64,000 bases of DNA, from the NCBI GenBank assembly GCA_963790305.1, contig CAWBOC010000008.1:1-64000 (forward strand), read 5' to 3'. The stretch is from an uncultured Gemmatimonadaceae bacterium. GTDB taxonomy: Bacteria; Gemmatimonadota; Gemmatimonadetes; Gemmatimonadales; Gemmatimonadaceae. Position numbers and translations under genes: made by a program. Under the pieces are notes generated by a model. It made no database searches. It saw nothing but the letters and a program-made list of their open reading frames with translations, and had not been told where the DNA came from. Of the stretch, positions 20,433 through 29,467 are shown piece by piece; positions within the stretch are counted from its first letter, which is position 1, and each line of letters begins with the position of its first letter.

Positions 20433-21085
20433 CTCTCGAGCTCGCGGCGGAGCCACATGCGCGCGATGGCCCACTCGCGGCCGACGGTCGCCGTCGAGAC
20501 GCCAAGTGCCGCCGCCGCTTCTGGGATGCTGAGCCCCGCGAAGTAGCGCAGCTCCACCAGCCTCGCCTTCTGCGGATCGAGTCGCGCGAGGCGCTCGAGC
20601 GCATCGTTGAGTGCGATCAGTTCCACTGCGTCGAGTGACGAGCCTTCGGCTGCCGGTGAGCCAGGGTCGGCCAACGCGCGATCCGCGCCGCCGAGCGAGA
20701 CCTGCACCCCACCGCCGCCGCGCTTGAGCGCATGGCGCGTACGTGCGTGGTCCAGCAGCACGCGCCGCATCATCTGCGCGGCCAGGGCGAAGAACTGCGT
20801 GCGGCTTTCCCAGCGCGCATGGTGCTGGTCGCCGAGCCGCAGCCACGCCTCGTGCACGAGCGCTGTCGGCTGGAGGGTATGCCCCTCGTCCTCGCGGCGG
20901 AGCGCGAGCTGTGCCTGTCGCCGAAGCTCCGCATACACGAGCCTGACGAGCGACTCGGTCGCCTGAGCGTCGCCCCCACCCCACGCTCGTAAGAGCTCAG
21001 TGACCTCGTGCCGGTCGTGGCGCTTCGCCCCCATCGGCGCGGTCGCCGGGGAGGGGCTCAAGTCAGCGGGCGGGGTGTTGGGCAT
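20429..21085 (-). CDS. ECF sigma factor of the kinase-associated type (TIGR02999-like)
   Basis: HTLQPTALVHEAWLRL, MRRVLLDHAR, VELRYFAGLS. Confidence 0.92.
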   Translation of the reverse strand: MPNTPPADLSPSPATAPMGAKRHDRHEVTELLRAWGGGDAQATESLVRLVYAELRRQAQLALRREDEGHTLQPTALVHEAWLRLGDQHHARWESRTQFFALAAQMMRRVLLDHARTRHALKRGGGGVQVSLGGADRALADPGSPAAEGSSLDAVELIALNDALERLARLDPQKARLVELRYFAGLSIPEAAAALGVSTATVGREWAIARMWLRRELER

Positions 21086-21213
21086 GGCTACTCCAGCTGC
21101 TCTGGTGGCTGCCCCGATTGGACAGCACGAGTCGGTGATTGGGTTTACCCCTGTTTTGCGCGCTATGGGAAGAGGCGCTCGGAGCGCCCCGTTCCCCTTC
21201 CTGGAGGCTGATA

Positions 21214-21636
21214 ATGCCTACGTTGCGCAGACGCGCCTTCGTTTCAGTGATCGCCACGATGAGCCTATGGCTCACCGTCGCCGCCTGCTCTCAGGCCGCG
21301 GCGCGGGGTGGGCGGTCACCCGCGGATGATGTTTCGCTCGCGATCCGCTTCGACAACGGCGCGCGCGAGCACGTGCACGTCTACCTGATCGGCGAGAAGC
21401 GCGAGTGGGTACTCGGCCGCGTCGAGGCGGGCGCGATCGCCATGCTACGGATTCCCGAAGAGTCGCTCGCCGGGGACCAGACGTTCGTCCGGCTAGTGGT
21501 GATCCCGGGGGAGGGCCTCACACTTCAGGCGGCGCGTCATGCGGCCGCGACGCCGACGCTCGCACAGCCAGTGTCCGACATCTTGTCGCAGCGATGGAAG
21601 TTCTCGCAGGGCTCGCTCACGTCGCTGCGGCGCTAA
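21214..21636 (+). CDS. Hypothetical lipoprotein
   Basis: GGAGG RBS; VAAC lipobox. Confidence 0.7.
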   Translation: MPTLRRRAFVSVIATMSLWLTVAACSQAAARGGRSPADDVSLAIRFDNGAREHVHVYLIGEKREWVLGRVEAGAIAMLRIPEESLAGDQTFVRLVVIPGEGLTLQAARHAAATPTLAQPVSDILSQRWKFSQGSLTSLRR

Positions 21637-21674
21637 TCGTGTACGCGGGTATTGCCGGGACGGCGACGCCGCTC

Positions 21675-22922
21675 TCACTCGTAGAGCAGATAGGGAGCGC
21701 GTCGCCGTTCGAATGCCTCCACCTCCGCGCGCCACGAGGCGACGATCTCGTCGGGCCGCCTGCCAGCGAGAATCATCTGCTTGAGCCGCGGCGTCGCCGT
21801 TAGGCGGTCGAGCACCGCATCGTTCCACACGATGCGGTCGGGGTGCAGCTGGTTCACGGCCCAGAGCATCGCGATGCCTGCGCGGTAGGGCTGGAAGACG
21901 TTCCGGTCGGTCACACGCAGCTGAATGCCGCGCACGCCCTCGCCGGCGAGCTCCGGCGGACGCCCGTGATAGGGCTTCTGCTCAGGCGTGAACTCCACCG
22001 GCTCGAACACCACGCCCGGCATTCCAAGCGTGTTGAGCAGCGTGGTGGCGCGGCGGTGATCCAGCCACGGCGCGCCGACATACTCGAAGGGATGATCGGT
22101 ACCACGTCCCTCGGAGAGATTCACCGCCTCGAACAGGCACGTGCCCGCGTACGCCAGGACCGAGCGAAGCGTGAGAAGATTCGGCGACGGCTGCCGCCAT
22201 GTCAGGCCCGTCTCGTCGAACCACATGCTGCGCCTCCAACCCGTCATCGGCACGACATGAAGCCGCGCCGTCATTCCACCGCGCAACAGCTTCTCGCCGT
22301 TGTAGAATCGCGCCAGCTCGCCCATGGTCATGCCGTGCAGCACTGGCACTGGCGCATAGGATCCGAAGCGGAACCGCGCCGACGAGTCCGTCACGAATCC
22401 ATCGGGCCGACGTCCCGTGATCGGATTCGGACGATCGAGCACTACCACCTCGATCCCCTGCTCCGCCGCCGCTTCCATCACGAAGCCGAGAATGTTGATG
22501 TGCTCGTAGAAGCGTGCGCCGACCTCCTGAATGTCGAAGACGATGACGTCGACACCCTCGAGCATCGGCGGCGCCGGTTTGTGCCGATCGCCGTAGAGAC
22601 TGTGCTTCGGAAGCTGCGTGACGCGGTCGATGGTCGACTCCGGATCACGTGGCACGGAGTAGTCGTTCGAGCGGATGTCGTACTCCATGCCGAAGAGGAC
22701 CGTCAGCTGCGCGTCACGATACCGATGGAGCGCGTCCGCCAGGTGAGTGCCATCGGCGAGGCGCCCACTGTGGTTCGAGACGAGCGCGATCTTCTTCCCG
22801 CGGATGAGGTGCGCGAACTCGCCGAAGAGGCGGTCGGCGCCGGCGACGACCGGTTGTGCCTCGCCGCGCACGGCAGCCAGCCAAAAGCACGCACCAAGAA
22901 GGAACGGTGTCACCAGTCTCAT
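21675..22922 (-). CDS. namZ: Exo-beta-N-acetylmuramidase NamZ family (DUF1343)
   Basis: FDIQEVGARFY, LDRPNP, HGMTMGELA, PSPN, SEGRGT. Confidence 0.88.
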   Translation of the reverse strand: MRLVTPFLLGACFWLAAVRGEAQPVVAGADRLFGEFAHLIRGKKIALVSNHSGRLADGTHLADALHRYRDAQLTVLFGMEYDIRSNDYSVPRDPESTIDRVTQLPKHSLYGDRHKPAPPMLEGVDVIVFDIQEVGARFYEHINILGFVMEAAAEQGIEVVVLDRPNPITGRRPDGFVTDSSARFRFGSYAPVPVLHGMTMGELARFYNGEKLLRGGMTARLHVVPMTGWRRSMWFDETGLTWRQPSPNLLTLRSVLAYAGTCLFEAVNLSEGRGTDHPFEYVGAPWLDHRRATTLLNTLGMPGVVFEPVEFTPEQKPYHGRPPELAGEGVRGIQLRVTDRNVFQPYRAGIAMLWAVNQLHPDRIVWNDAVLDRLTATPRLKQMILAGRRPDEIVASWRAEVEAFERRRAPYLLYE

Positions 22923-23365
22923 TGCGCTTCCCGTGGCGCTGTGACGTCCGATAGCTCGGTCAGGATATGGCTCCAGCCGCCGTGATGCTTGCCTCGAATC
23001 TCGGCGTCGGCCAGGCCCACGTGTTCGAGCGTCAGCATGGTCTGCCCACGTGGAGCTTCGGCGAAGCGTAACGTGACGCGGCTGCCTTCGCCTGCGAGGT
23101 GCGAGAGCCAGGTAAAGACGATGCGCGTGTACCGCTCGATCTCGAGGTATTCCCCGCGGTGCGGCAGGTCATGGCCTTCAACGTTCATCACGATCAGGAA
23201 TTCGCCGCCGACGCGTGGATCGCATTCGGCGCGCGTCACCCGCACGCCCGGGCCGCCACACATGAAGCGCTGGAGCGCCTCGCGATCCAGCCACGCTTCG
23301 AACACCACCCGCGGCGGGGCTGGAATGAGACGCTCGATAACGACCGACCGCGCAGAGTCATTCAT
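22919..23365 (-). CDS. SRPBCC/AHSA1 domain protein
   Basis: APPRVVFEAW...DPRVGG...HHGGW. Confidence 0.85.
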   Translation of the reverse strand: MNDSARSVVIERLIPAPPRVVFEAWLDREALQRFMCGGPGVRVTRAECDPRVGGEFLIVMNVEGHDLPHRGEYLEIERYTRIVFTWLSHLAGEGSRVTLRFAEAPRGQTMLTLEHVGLADAEIRGKHHGGWSHILTELSDVTAPREAQ

Positions 23366-23733
23366 TGTCCATTCCCTTTTTTCGAGCGCCCCTTCGTTCG
23401 CGCGTAGTCCACCAACGCATCAAGGCGCGTGCTCCAGAAGTGGTGATGGGCGTGCAGAAACTCGTAGGCAACCTGCAACGCCTTCCAATCGACCGAGATC
23501 CAGTGCACCCGACCTTCGATGCGACGTCGCACGACGCCGGCGTGCTCGAGCACTTTGACGTGCTTCGACACGCCGTTGAGCGTCATCGAGAACGCTTCCG
23601 CGACTACGCCGACCGGCAGCTCGCCGGATTCGCGCAGCAGCGCGATGATCCGGCGTCGAGCTGGATCGGCCAGGGCATGAAAGACGCGGCTGAGCCGCTG
23701 CTCTTCGCCGGCCTTGCCGCGCCGCGGGCTCAA
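23362..23733 (-). CDS. ArsR/SmtB family regulator
   Basis: FHALADPARRRII...SKHVKVLEHAGVV. Confidence 0.88.
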   Translation of the reverse strand: MSPRRGKAGEEQRLSRVFHALADPARRRIIALLRESGELPVGVVAEAFSMTLNGVSKHVKVLEHAGVVRRRIEGRVHWISVDWKALQVAYEFLHAHHHFWSTRLDALVDYARTKGRSKKGNGQ

Positions 23734-23769
23734 ACGCGTTCCCGGGCATCGTCCCGCGGCGCGTGATGT

Positions 23770-24228
23770 CTAGTTCCAGTTGTCGATCTTGACATCATTT
23801 GGCGACGGCTTCCCTCGACCCGTTTCGACGAGCTCCTTGAGGCTCAACATGAACGACGCCCACTTCATGCTGCAATGGGCCATGAACTCGACGGGCTCGC
23901 GCCAGTTCCTGTGACCGAACAGCACGATGGTGTAATCGCCGTCCTGGGATAGATCGAAGATCGCGTCCGTTCCGATCCATTCCTCGGGCCCTGTTTTGAA
24001 GCGCCACTGCACCTTCTTGTCGGGCTCCAGCGCGAGCACGTCCATGGTCATGCCGCCGATCTCCTCGCCCGTTGGCCTGAGGAATCGGACGTCGATCGCT
24101 CCGCCCGGCTTCGAGACGCCCGTCGTTTCCTCCGTCCACCAGCCCGCAACGCCTTCGACCGTCGACACCGCCGCATACACCTTCGCAATGGGTGCCTTGA
24201 TGCCGACTCGATGAATGATGTCCGCCAT
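23770..24228 (-). CDS. SRPBCC domain protein
   Basis: MADIIHRVGIKAP...GWW...HCSMKW; GGAGG RBS. Confidence 0.85.
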   Translation of the reverse strand: MADIIHRVGIKAPIAKVYAAVSTVEGVAGWWTEETTGVSKPGGAIDVRFLRPTGEEIGGMTMDVLALEPDKKVQWRFKTGPEEWIGTDAIFDLSQDGDYTIVLFGHRNWREPVEFMAHCSMKWASFMLSLKELVETGRGKPSPNDVKIDNWN

Positions 24229-24254
24229 TGCCGCCTCCACCAGGGAATGATAAT

Positions 24255-24287
24255 TCAACCATTTGGTTGATGAACTACTTGGTTGAA
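24255..24287. promoter_or_regulatory. Putative tandem ArsR-family operator
   Basis: Palindrome TCAACCA-TT-TGGTTGA followed by an imperfect second copy, upstream of the SRPBCC-ArsR operon. Confidence 0.6.
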
Positions 24288-24381
24288 CATTAGCGAGGAG
24301 CCCGGGCGTGTCAAGCCCAGGCCCGGACACGGATGTTCTGGCTCGAGCTGGGCGGGGGCTGCCGACCCGGAGAGCCGTGCC

Positions 24382-24410
24382 TTGACAACCCATAAGTATT
24401 GGCTTATTTG
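24382..24410 (+). promoter_or_regulatory. Sigma70-type promoter with ATAAG-N6-CTTAT operator
   Basis: TTGACA at 24382; TATTTG 17 nt later; ATG at 24417. Confidence 0.6.
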
Positions 24411-24416
24411 TTATCC

Positions 24417-24749
24417 ATGCGGCGGAACGCGGTCGTAGCCGAAAACAAGATCTTTCAGGCGCTCGTGGATCCCAGCCGCCGAGCGATCTTCGTGTCGCTC
24501 ACACGGGGCGAAGCGGCGGTGAAGGACCTCACGGCGCGGTTCGACATCTCGCAGCCGGCGGTCTCGCAGCACCTCGCCGCTTTGAAAGACGCGGGCCTGG
24601 TGAGCGGCCGGCGCGAGGGACGCTGTGTCTACTACCGGGTGGAACCGCGCGGGATGAAGCCGCTCATCGACTGGATCGCACACTACCGCGCCTTCTGGAC
24701 GGAGCACGTCGATCGCCTTGAACAGCTACTGGAGAAAATGGATCAGTGA
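24417..24749 (+). CDS. ArsR/SmtB family regulator
   Basis: FQALVDPSRRAI...ISQPAVSQHLAALKDAGLV. Confidence 0.9.
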   Translation: MRRNAVVAENKIFQALVDPSRRAIFVSLTRGEAAVKDLTARFDISQPAVSQHLAALKDAGLVSGRREGRCVYYRVEPRGMKPLIDWIAHYRAFWTEHVDRLEQLLEKMDQ

Positions 24750-25189
24750 CTCTTACCGACACGACCGCACGATCGCAAACTGAATCCATTGCGTTCGAGT
24801 TCGATCTGCATCACTCGCCCGAGAAGGTGTGGCGCGCGCTCACCGACCCCGTACTGCTCGCCGAGTGGCTCCTGCCCGTCGTCGATCTCGAGCTCGAGCC
24901 GGGGACCGCGTTCGCGTTCAAGACGCAGCCGTACCCCGGGTGGGACGGCATCGTGAATTGCCGGTTCCGCGAGATCGAAGCGCGAAGGAAGCTCAGCTAT
25001 ACGTGGGTCGTCGGCGACATGCTGGACACCGTCGTGACCTTCACGCTCACGCCCACGGCGTCGGGCACGCGCCTGTCCCTCGTGCAGTCGGGCTTCAAGC
25101 CGGAGCAGAAGCAGAACTTCGGCGGTGCGCGTTACGGCTGGAAGATGATGGGTGGGAAGCTCGTCGACCTGCTCGAGAGGATCTCATGA
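24746..25189 (+). CDS. SRPBCC/AHSA1 domain protein
   Basis: SPEKVWRALTDP...GARYGW; GTGA overlap. Confidence 0.88.
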   Translation: MTLTDTTARSQTESIAFEFDLHHSPEKVWRALTDPVLLAEWLLPVVDLELEPGTAFAFKTQPYPGWDGIVNCRFREIEARRKLSYTWVVGDMLDTVVTFTLTPTASGTRLSLVQSGFKPEQKQNFGGARYGWKMMGGKLVDLLERIS

Positions 25190-25425
25190 ACCGGAACCAA
25201 TGGATTCGGCAGATTCACCGATGGCTGTCCATTGCCTTTACGTTGACCGTCATCGCCAACTTCGTTGCCATGACGCAGGGGCAACCTCCGGCGTGGGTGA
25301 CCTACTCGCCGCTGCTTCCGCTCGCTTTCCTCCTGCTCACCGGGCTGTACCTGTTCGTGCTGCCGTACGCCACCAGGTGGCGCGGCGGACGAAGCACGAC
25401 GCCTCACAACACGCTTGGAGAATGA
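25186..25425 (+). CDS. Small two-TM membrane protein
   Basis: MNRNQWIRQIHRWLSIAF...LLTGLYLF; ATGA overlap. Confidence 0.75.
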   Translation: MNRNQWIRQIHRWLSIAFTLTVIANFVAMTQGQPPAWVTYSPLLPLAFLLLTGLYLFVLPYATRWRGGRSTTPHNTLGE

Positions 25426-25428
25426 ACC

Positions 25429-25890
25429 ATGGCGGAAAAACCGAAGGGCACGTCGCGCGCAAGCAAGCCGCGCAAGTCGACCACCAAGGCCAAGTCCCCG
25501 AAGGGAGGCGCGACCGAGACACCCGCTTCCCCGCTCATTGACCAACGAATCCGTGACCTTGAGGGATGGCGTGGAGAGACCCTGGCCCGCATGCGGTCGC
25601 TCATTCTGGAAGCCGACCCCGAGATGACCGAGGAGTGGAAGTGGAATAATCCGGTCTGGTCGCACCACGGGATCGTCTGCACTGGGGAGGCGTACAAGCA
25701 GGTGGTGAAGCTCACGTTCGCCCAGGGGGCGACGATCCCGGACCCATCGCGCCTCTTCAATTCCAGCCTCGAAGGCAATACGCGTAGGGCAATCGATATC
25801 CCCGAAGGGACCCAGGTCGACGCGAGCGCGTTCAAGGCGCTCGTGAAGGCCGCGGTAACCCAGAACGGCCGGCTGGCGAAGAAAGGATAG
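25429..25890 (+). CDS. DUF1801 (YdhG-like) protein
   Basis: WRGETLARMRSLILEADP, KW..PVW, LFNSSLEGNTRRAID. Confidence 0.85.
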   Translation: MAEKPKGTSRASKPRKSTTKAKSPKGGATETPASPLIDQRIRDLEGWRGETLARMRSLILEADPEMTEEWKWNNPVWSHHGIVCTGEAYKQVVKLTFAQGATIPDPSRLFNSSLEGNTRRAIDIPEGTQVDASAFKALVKAAVTQNGRLAKKG

Positions 25891-25905
25891 ATCCTGAGGA
25901 GCCTC

Positions 25906-26439
25906 ATGAGATCTGCCAAGGCGAAGCCGAAGGCAAAGCGCCCGTCGCGCACAGGCAAGAAACGCAAGTCAGCCACCAAGTCCGCGAAGGCCAAGCCGGT
26001 CAAGGGGCGAAAGGGCGAGAAGGCCCCCGTCGTTCTCCTCTCGGGCGGCAACCCGCAGATCGCGAAGGCGGACGGCGACGCCCCGGTGCAGGCGTACATC
26101 GCGGCGATGCCGGGCTGGAAGCGCGACGTCGGGAAGCGCCTCGATGCGCTCATCGTGCGGAGCGTGCCTAACGTGCGCAAGGCCGTGAAGTGGAACTCGC
26201 CGCTGTATGGCATCGAAGGCCAGGGCTGGTTCCTCGGGTGGCACGTCTTCACCCACTACGTCAAGCTGACCTTCTTCCGCGGCACGTCACTGCAACCTCC
26301 CCCGCCCGGGCCCAGCAAGGACAAGAACACGCGCTACCTCGACATCCGCGAACGCGACGAACTCGACGAGGCCCAGCTGATGACGTGGGTGAAGCAGGCG
26401 GCAGCGATACCCGGCTGGATTCCTGGGCGACCGGAATAA
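25906..26439 (+). CDS. DUF1801 (YdhG-like) protein
   Basis: LLSGGNPQIAK, AVKWNSPLYG, KLTFFRG. Confidence 0.85.
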   Translation: MRSAKAKPKAKRPSRTGKKRKSATKSAKAKPVKGRKGEKAPVVLLSGGNPQIAKADGDAPVQAYIAAMPGWKRDVGKRLDALIVRSVPNVRKAVKWNSPLYGIEGQGWFLGWHVFTHYVKLTFFRGTSLQPPPPGPSKDKNTRYLDIRERDELDEAQLMTWVKQAAAIPGWIPGRPE

Positions 26440-26454
26440 CACGTCGGAGATCCC

Positions 26455-26823
26455 ATGCAGATTTCGAGCGTCGTCGCACAATTGCGGACCACCGACCTGG
26501 CAGCATCGATCCGATTCTACACGGCGCTACCTGGTTTCACGCTGGCCTTCCAGTACGAGGATTTCTATGCCGGCATTCGGGCTGGAGCTCAGCTGTTTCA
26601 TTTGAAACTGGTCGATACGAAGGATCCATCGATCGATGTCGTGGCCCGCGACGACCACTTGCACCTGTACTTCGAAACCCCCGACATCATGGCGGCTGCC
26701 GACGCGGTCCGGCGAGCCGGGGTGCGGCTCGCGAAGGAGGTGCACCTGACGCCCTGGGGAACACGGGAGTTCGTGGTCCACGACGACCAAGGTCATACGT
26801 TGTATTTCGGCGGTCCGAAGTAA
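26455..26823 (+). CDS. VOC/glyoxalase family protein
   Basis: DLAASIRFY...TPWGTREFVVHDDQGH. Confidence 0.85.
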   Translation: MQISSVVAQLRTTDLAASIRFYTALPGFTLAFQYEDFYAGIRAGAQLFHLKLVDTKDPSIDVVARDDHLHLYFETPDIMAAADAVRRAGVRLAKEVHLTPWGTREFVVHDDQGHTLYFGGPK

Positions 26824-27204
26824 GTGGGCGCAGGCGAGAGAGGAGTACCAGGCGAGACATCGGCCCGGATCACTCGCCTCGCCACGTACGGGACGCTTTC
26901 CCCCGGTCGGGTCAACCACCATCAGCTCGCGGACCTCGAGGGCCAGTGGCGGCAGGGCACCGTGAGAGGCTGGCTCGGCGCTGCAGGGTGGGCGGCGCCA
27001 CTCGGGTATCCAGGACTGGTCCTCGACTCCGCGGGACCGCTGGTCGACGTACATCTGTTCGAGTCGTCGGAATTGCCCGATCACTGGCGCCGCCTCGACG
27101 AGTTCGAGGGCGCCGAGTATCGGCGCGTCATCGCGCAGGTGTCCACGGCAGATGGTGAAGTGCCCGCGTGGATCTACGTGATTGCCGCGCCGGATTCGCC
27201 TTGA
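26824..27204 (+). CDS. Gamma-glutamylcyclotransferase-like protein
   Basis: ATYGTL...LDEFEGAEYRR. Confidence 0.8.
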   Translation: MGAGERGVPGETSARITRLATYGTLSPGRVNHHQLADLEGQWRQGTVRGWLGAAGWAAPLGYPGLVLDSAGPLVDVHLFESSELPDHWRRLDEFEGAEYRRVIAQVSTADGEVPAWIYVIAAPDSP

Positions 27205-27208
27205 AGGC

Positions 27209-27305
27209 GCGGGAACGAGCCGCTGCACCTGTCGCGCGCGCCTGTTAAGGTTCCAGCTAGTGCAACCGAAGGCGCGCTCCGCGCACCTTTCAGTCCAACT
27301 GCCTC
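27209..27305 (+). mobile_element. Degenerate attC-like relic
   Basis: GGAACGAGCCGCTGCACCTG resembles the left arm; GTGCAACCGAAGGCGCG..CGCGCACCTT resembles the internal hairpin of the 12687 and 13900 sites. Confidence 0.45.
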
Positions 27306-27323
27306 GAAGAATGGTGTCGCGAC

Positions 27324-27995
27324 ATGGTGCGCTATCCGCTCCTCACGTCCCTTTCCGGGGCAAGCCTAACGGTTCGCGCCGCGTTCTTCGTGGCGCTCGC
27401 CGTCCCTGCTTCGCCGATGGCCGCTCAACGGCAGGGCGCTGACTCGACGTACTCCTGTCGCACCGCAGTCTATTACCAGCGCCCCAGCCCGCTCGACAGC
27501 GTCGCCATCATTGATCGCGACGCTGCGTTGCGCTGCACGGGGCTCAAGTCCAGCGCCGATACGCTCACGATCCTCGCCGCCCTCGCCGAACGTGGCGGCG
27601 ACCGGGATCTCATTGCGTACTACGCGCTCGTCATCGCCAACCGACACGTTCGGGCCTCGCGTGCCACACCCGAGCGTCCCGAGCTCGAGCGGGCGCTGCG
27701 CTCGCTGCGCGTGGCCCATCAGATCAAGCCGTCCCGGACCACGGCGTTTCTCCTCGGTTCCGCAGCCGGATCGCTCGCCTTTGCGCTGCAGGAGAGTGAC
27801 CGCTGTACGGATGTCGCCCGCGCGCCGGCCCTCCTGGCCGAAGCCAGGACTGTCTTTCCCGTTGATTCAGTCGTCGTCGCACCCGACGCACCACCGGATT
27901 GGGATGCGTTCGAGCGGAAAGCGAAGGAGCATGTCGCCGTAGTCTGTGGTCGCCAGACCCCGCCGGCGTCGCCCGCGAAGCCGCCGCAGAACTAG
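27324..27995 (+). CDS. Hypothetical secreted helical protein (probable cassette)
   Basis: Signal-like N-terminus; ends in GCAGAACTAG; attC relics on both sides. Confidence 0.65.
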   Translation: MVRYPLLTSLSGASLTVRAAFFVALAVPASPMAAQRQGADSTYSCRTAVYYQRPSPLDSVAIIDRDAALRCTGLKSSADTLTILAALAERGGDRDLIAYYALVIANRHVRASRATPERPELERALRSLRVAHQIKPSRTTAFLLGSAAGSLAFALQESDRCTDVARAPALLAEARTVFPVDSVVVAPDAPPDWDAFERKAKEHVAVVCGRQTPPASPAKPPQN

Positions 27996-28025
27996 CTGCC
28001 AAGCAGTCTCGCACTGGCGTTATGC
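27986..28025 (+). mobile_element. Short (40 bp) attC-like site
   Basis: CGCCGCAGAACTAGCTG...GGCGTTATGCGGCG; extended core inverted repeat with one mismatch. Confidence 0.6.
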
Positions 28026-28138
28026 GGCGCCAATCCGCTTGCCTTGGCCCGCCCTTGACTAGTCAGAGCTTCTCCCCTAGCGTCGGCCTCCCACGCTGTC
28101 TTGCGCGGTAGCCGCGCACCCCCCGCTCGGAGAGACTC

Positions 28139-28558
28139 ATGTCGATGCAGCAGACGGTCCAGGTCACGGATTTCGAGCGCCGATGGGTCGAGGCACTCAA
28201 TCGCGGCGATGTCTCCGCGGCCGACGAGACGTTTACGCCGGACTGCGTCATTCACATTACGGGAAGTCCCGAGCCCGACCTGTCCGTGGAAGGGTTCAAG
28301 CAAATGGTCGCTGGACTCCTGGCTGCCTTCCCCGATCTCCACTTCACGATCGAAGATCAGCTCGTCAGCGGCGACAAAGTCGCCACGCGCTGGATCGCGG
28401 AGGGAACGAATACCGCCCCGCTCGGTGAGGTACCACCGACCGGGCGGCGAATACACGTCGATGGGTTGATTCTCGACCGCGTCGAAAACGGCCGGGTCGT
28501 CGAGCGCTGGGAGCAATGGGATCAAATGGCCATGATGCGTCAGCTCGGGCTGCTTTAG
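28139..28558 (+). CDS. SnoaL-like ester cyclase
   Basis: AAFPDLHFTIED..GDKVATRW..GT..PPTGR. Confidence 0.88.
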   Translation: MSMQQTVQVTDFERRWVEALNRGDVSAADETFTPDCVIHITGSPEPDLSVEGFKQMVAGLLAAFPDLHFTIEDQLVSGDKVATRWIAEGTNTAPLGEVPPTGRRIHVDGLILDRVENGRVVERWEQWDQMAMMRQLGLL

Positions 28559-28591
28559 CGCCATCGCGTTTGCCCACCGTCGCGCGCGCCC

Positions 28592-29446
28592 ATGCGAATG
28601 ACAAATCAAGGACTCGAGCCCTCACCACCCGAAGCTGCGCGCGCGCCGTGGAGGCATCGTCTCCACACAATAATCTTCGAGGCCGATACTCCCGCCGGAC
28701 GCACGTTCGACATCGCGCTGATCTTCGCGATCGTATTGAGCATCGTCCTGGTCGTCGTCGAGACGGTGACGGACCGTCGGACGCCGCTCGGCCGGGCAAT
28801 GTTCACGGCCGAGTGGATCCTGACCATTCTCTTCACCATCGAGTACGTCTCCCGCCTGATCGCCGTGCGTCGCCCTGCCGCATACGCGAAGAGCTTCTTC
28901 GGGATCGTCGATCTGCTCGCAATCCTTCCCGCGTACGTGAGCATCGTGTTCGCCGGCGGCCAGTACTTCCTCGTTCTCCGCGCGCTCCGGCTGCTGCGGG
29001 TCTTCCGCATCTTCAAGCTCGCGCACTTCCTGAGCGGGGCGCAGGTCCTCACCATCGCGATTCGAGCCGCACGCTACAAGATCGCGGTCTTCCTCTTCAC
29101 GGTCGTGACGCTCGTCGTCATCGTCGGTGCCCTCATGTACGTGATCGAGGGCGGCACCAACGGCTTCACGAGCATTCCGGCTTCCATGTACTGGGCGGTC
29201 GTCACGCTGACGACGGTCGGCTACGGCGATGTGGCACCGGTGTCGACGCTCGGCCGTTTCGTGGCCAGTTTGGTGATGATCCTCGGCTATGGCATTATCG
29301 CGGTTCCAACAGGGATCGTGACGACGGAGCTGATCAACGCGGCGCGGCGTCCGGAGGAAATCTCGGGACAGGCATGCCCGAGCTGCTCCGCCGAGGGACA
29401 CCCGGTGGGGGCGCGATACTGCTTCGGCTGCGGGAGTGCCCTGTAA
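28592..29446 (+). CDS. Voltage-gated potassium channel (6TM)
   Basis: S4 RALRLLRVFRIFK; TTVGYGD filter; C-terminal CxxC..CxxC. Confidence 0.92.
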   Translation: MRMTNQGLEPSPPEAARAPWRHRLHTIIFEADTPAGRTFDIALIFAIVLSIVLVVVETVTDRRTPLGRAMFTAEWILTILFTIEYVSRLIAVRRPAAYAKSFFGIVDLLAILPAYVSIVFAGGQYFLVLRALRLLRVFRIFKLAHFLSGAQVLTIAIRAARYKIAVFLFTVVTLVVIVGALMYVIEGGTNGFTSIPASMYWAVVTLTTVGYGDVAPVSTLGRFVASLVMILGYGIIAVPTGIVTTELINAARRPEEISGQACPSCSAEGHPVGARYCFGCGSAL

Positions 29447-29467
29447 GACCACTCGCTCACCGACTTC

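Noticed and set aside
18309..20984. 891-aa kinase with a long N-terminal extension
   Set aside because: The extension is an alternative frame of the ECF gene; the ATGA-coupled start at 20432 is more plausible.
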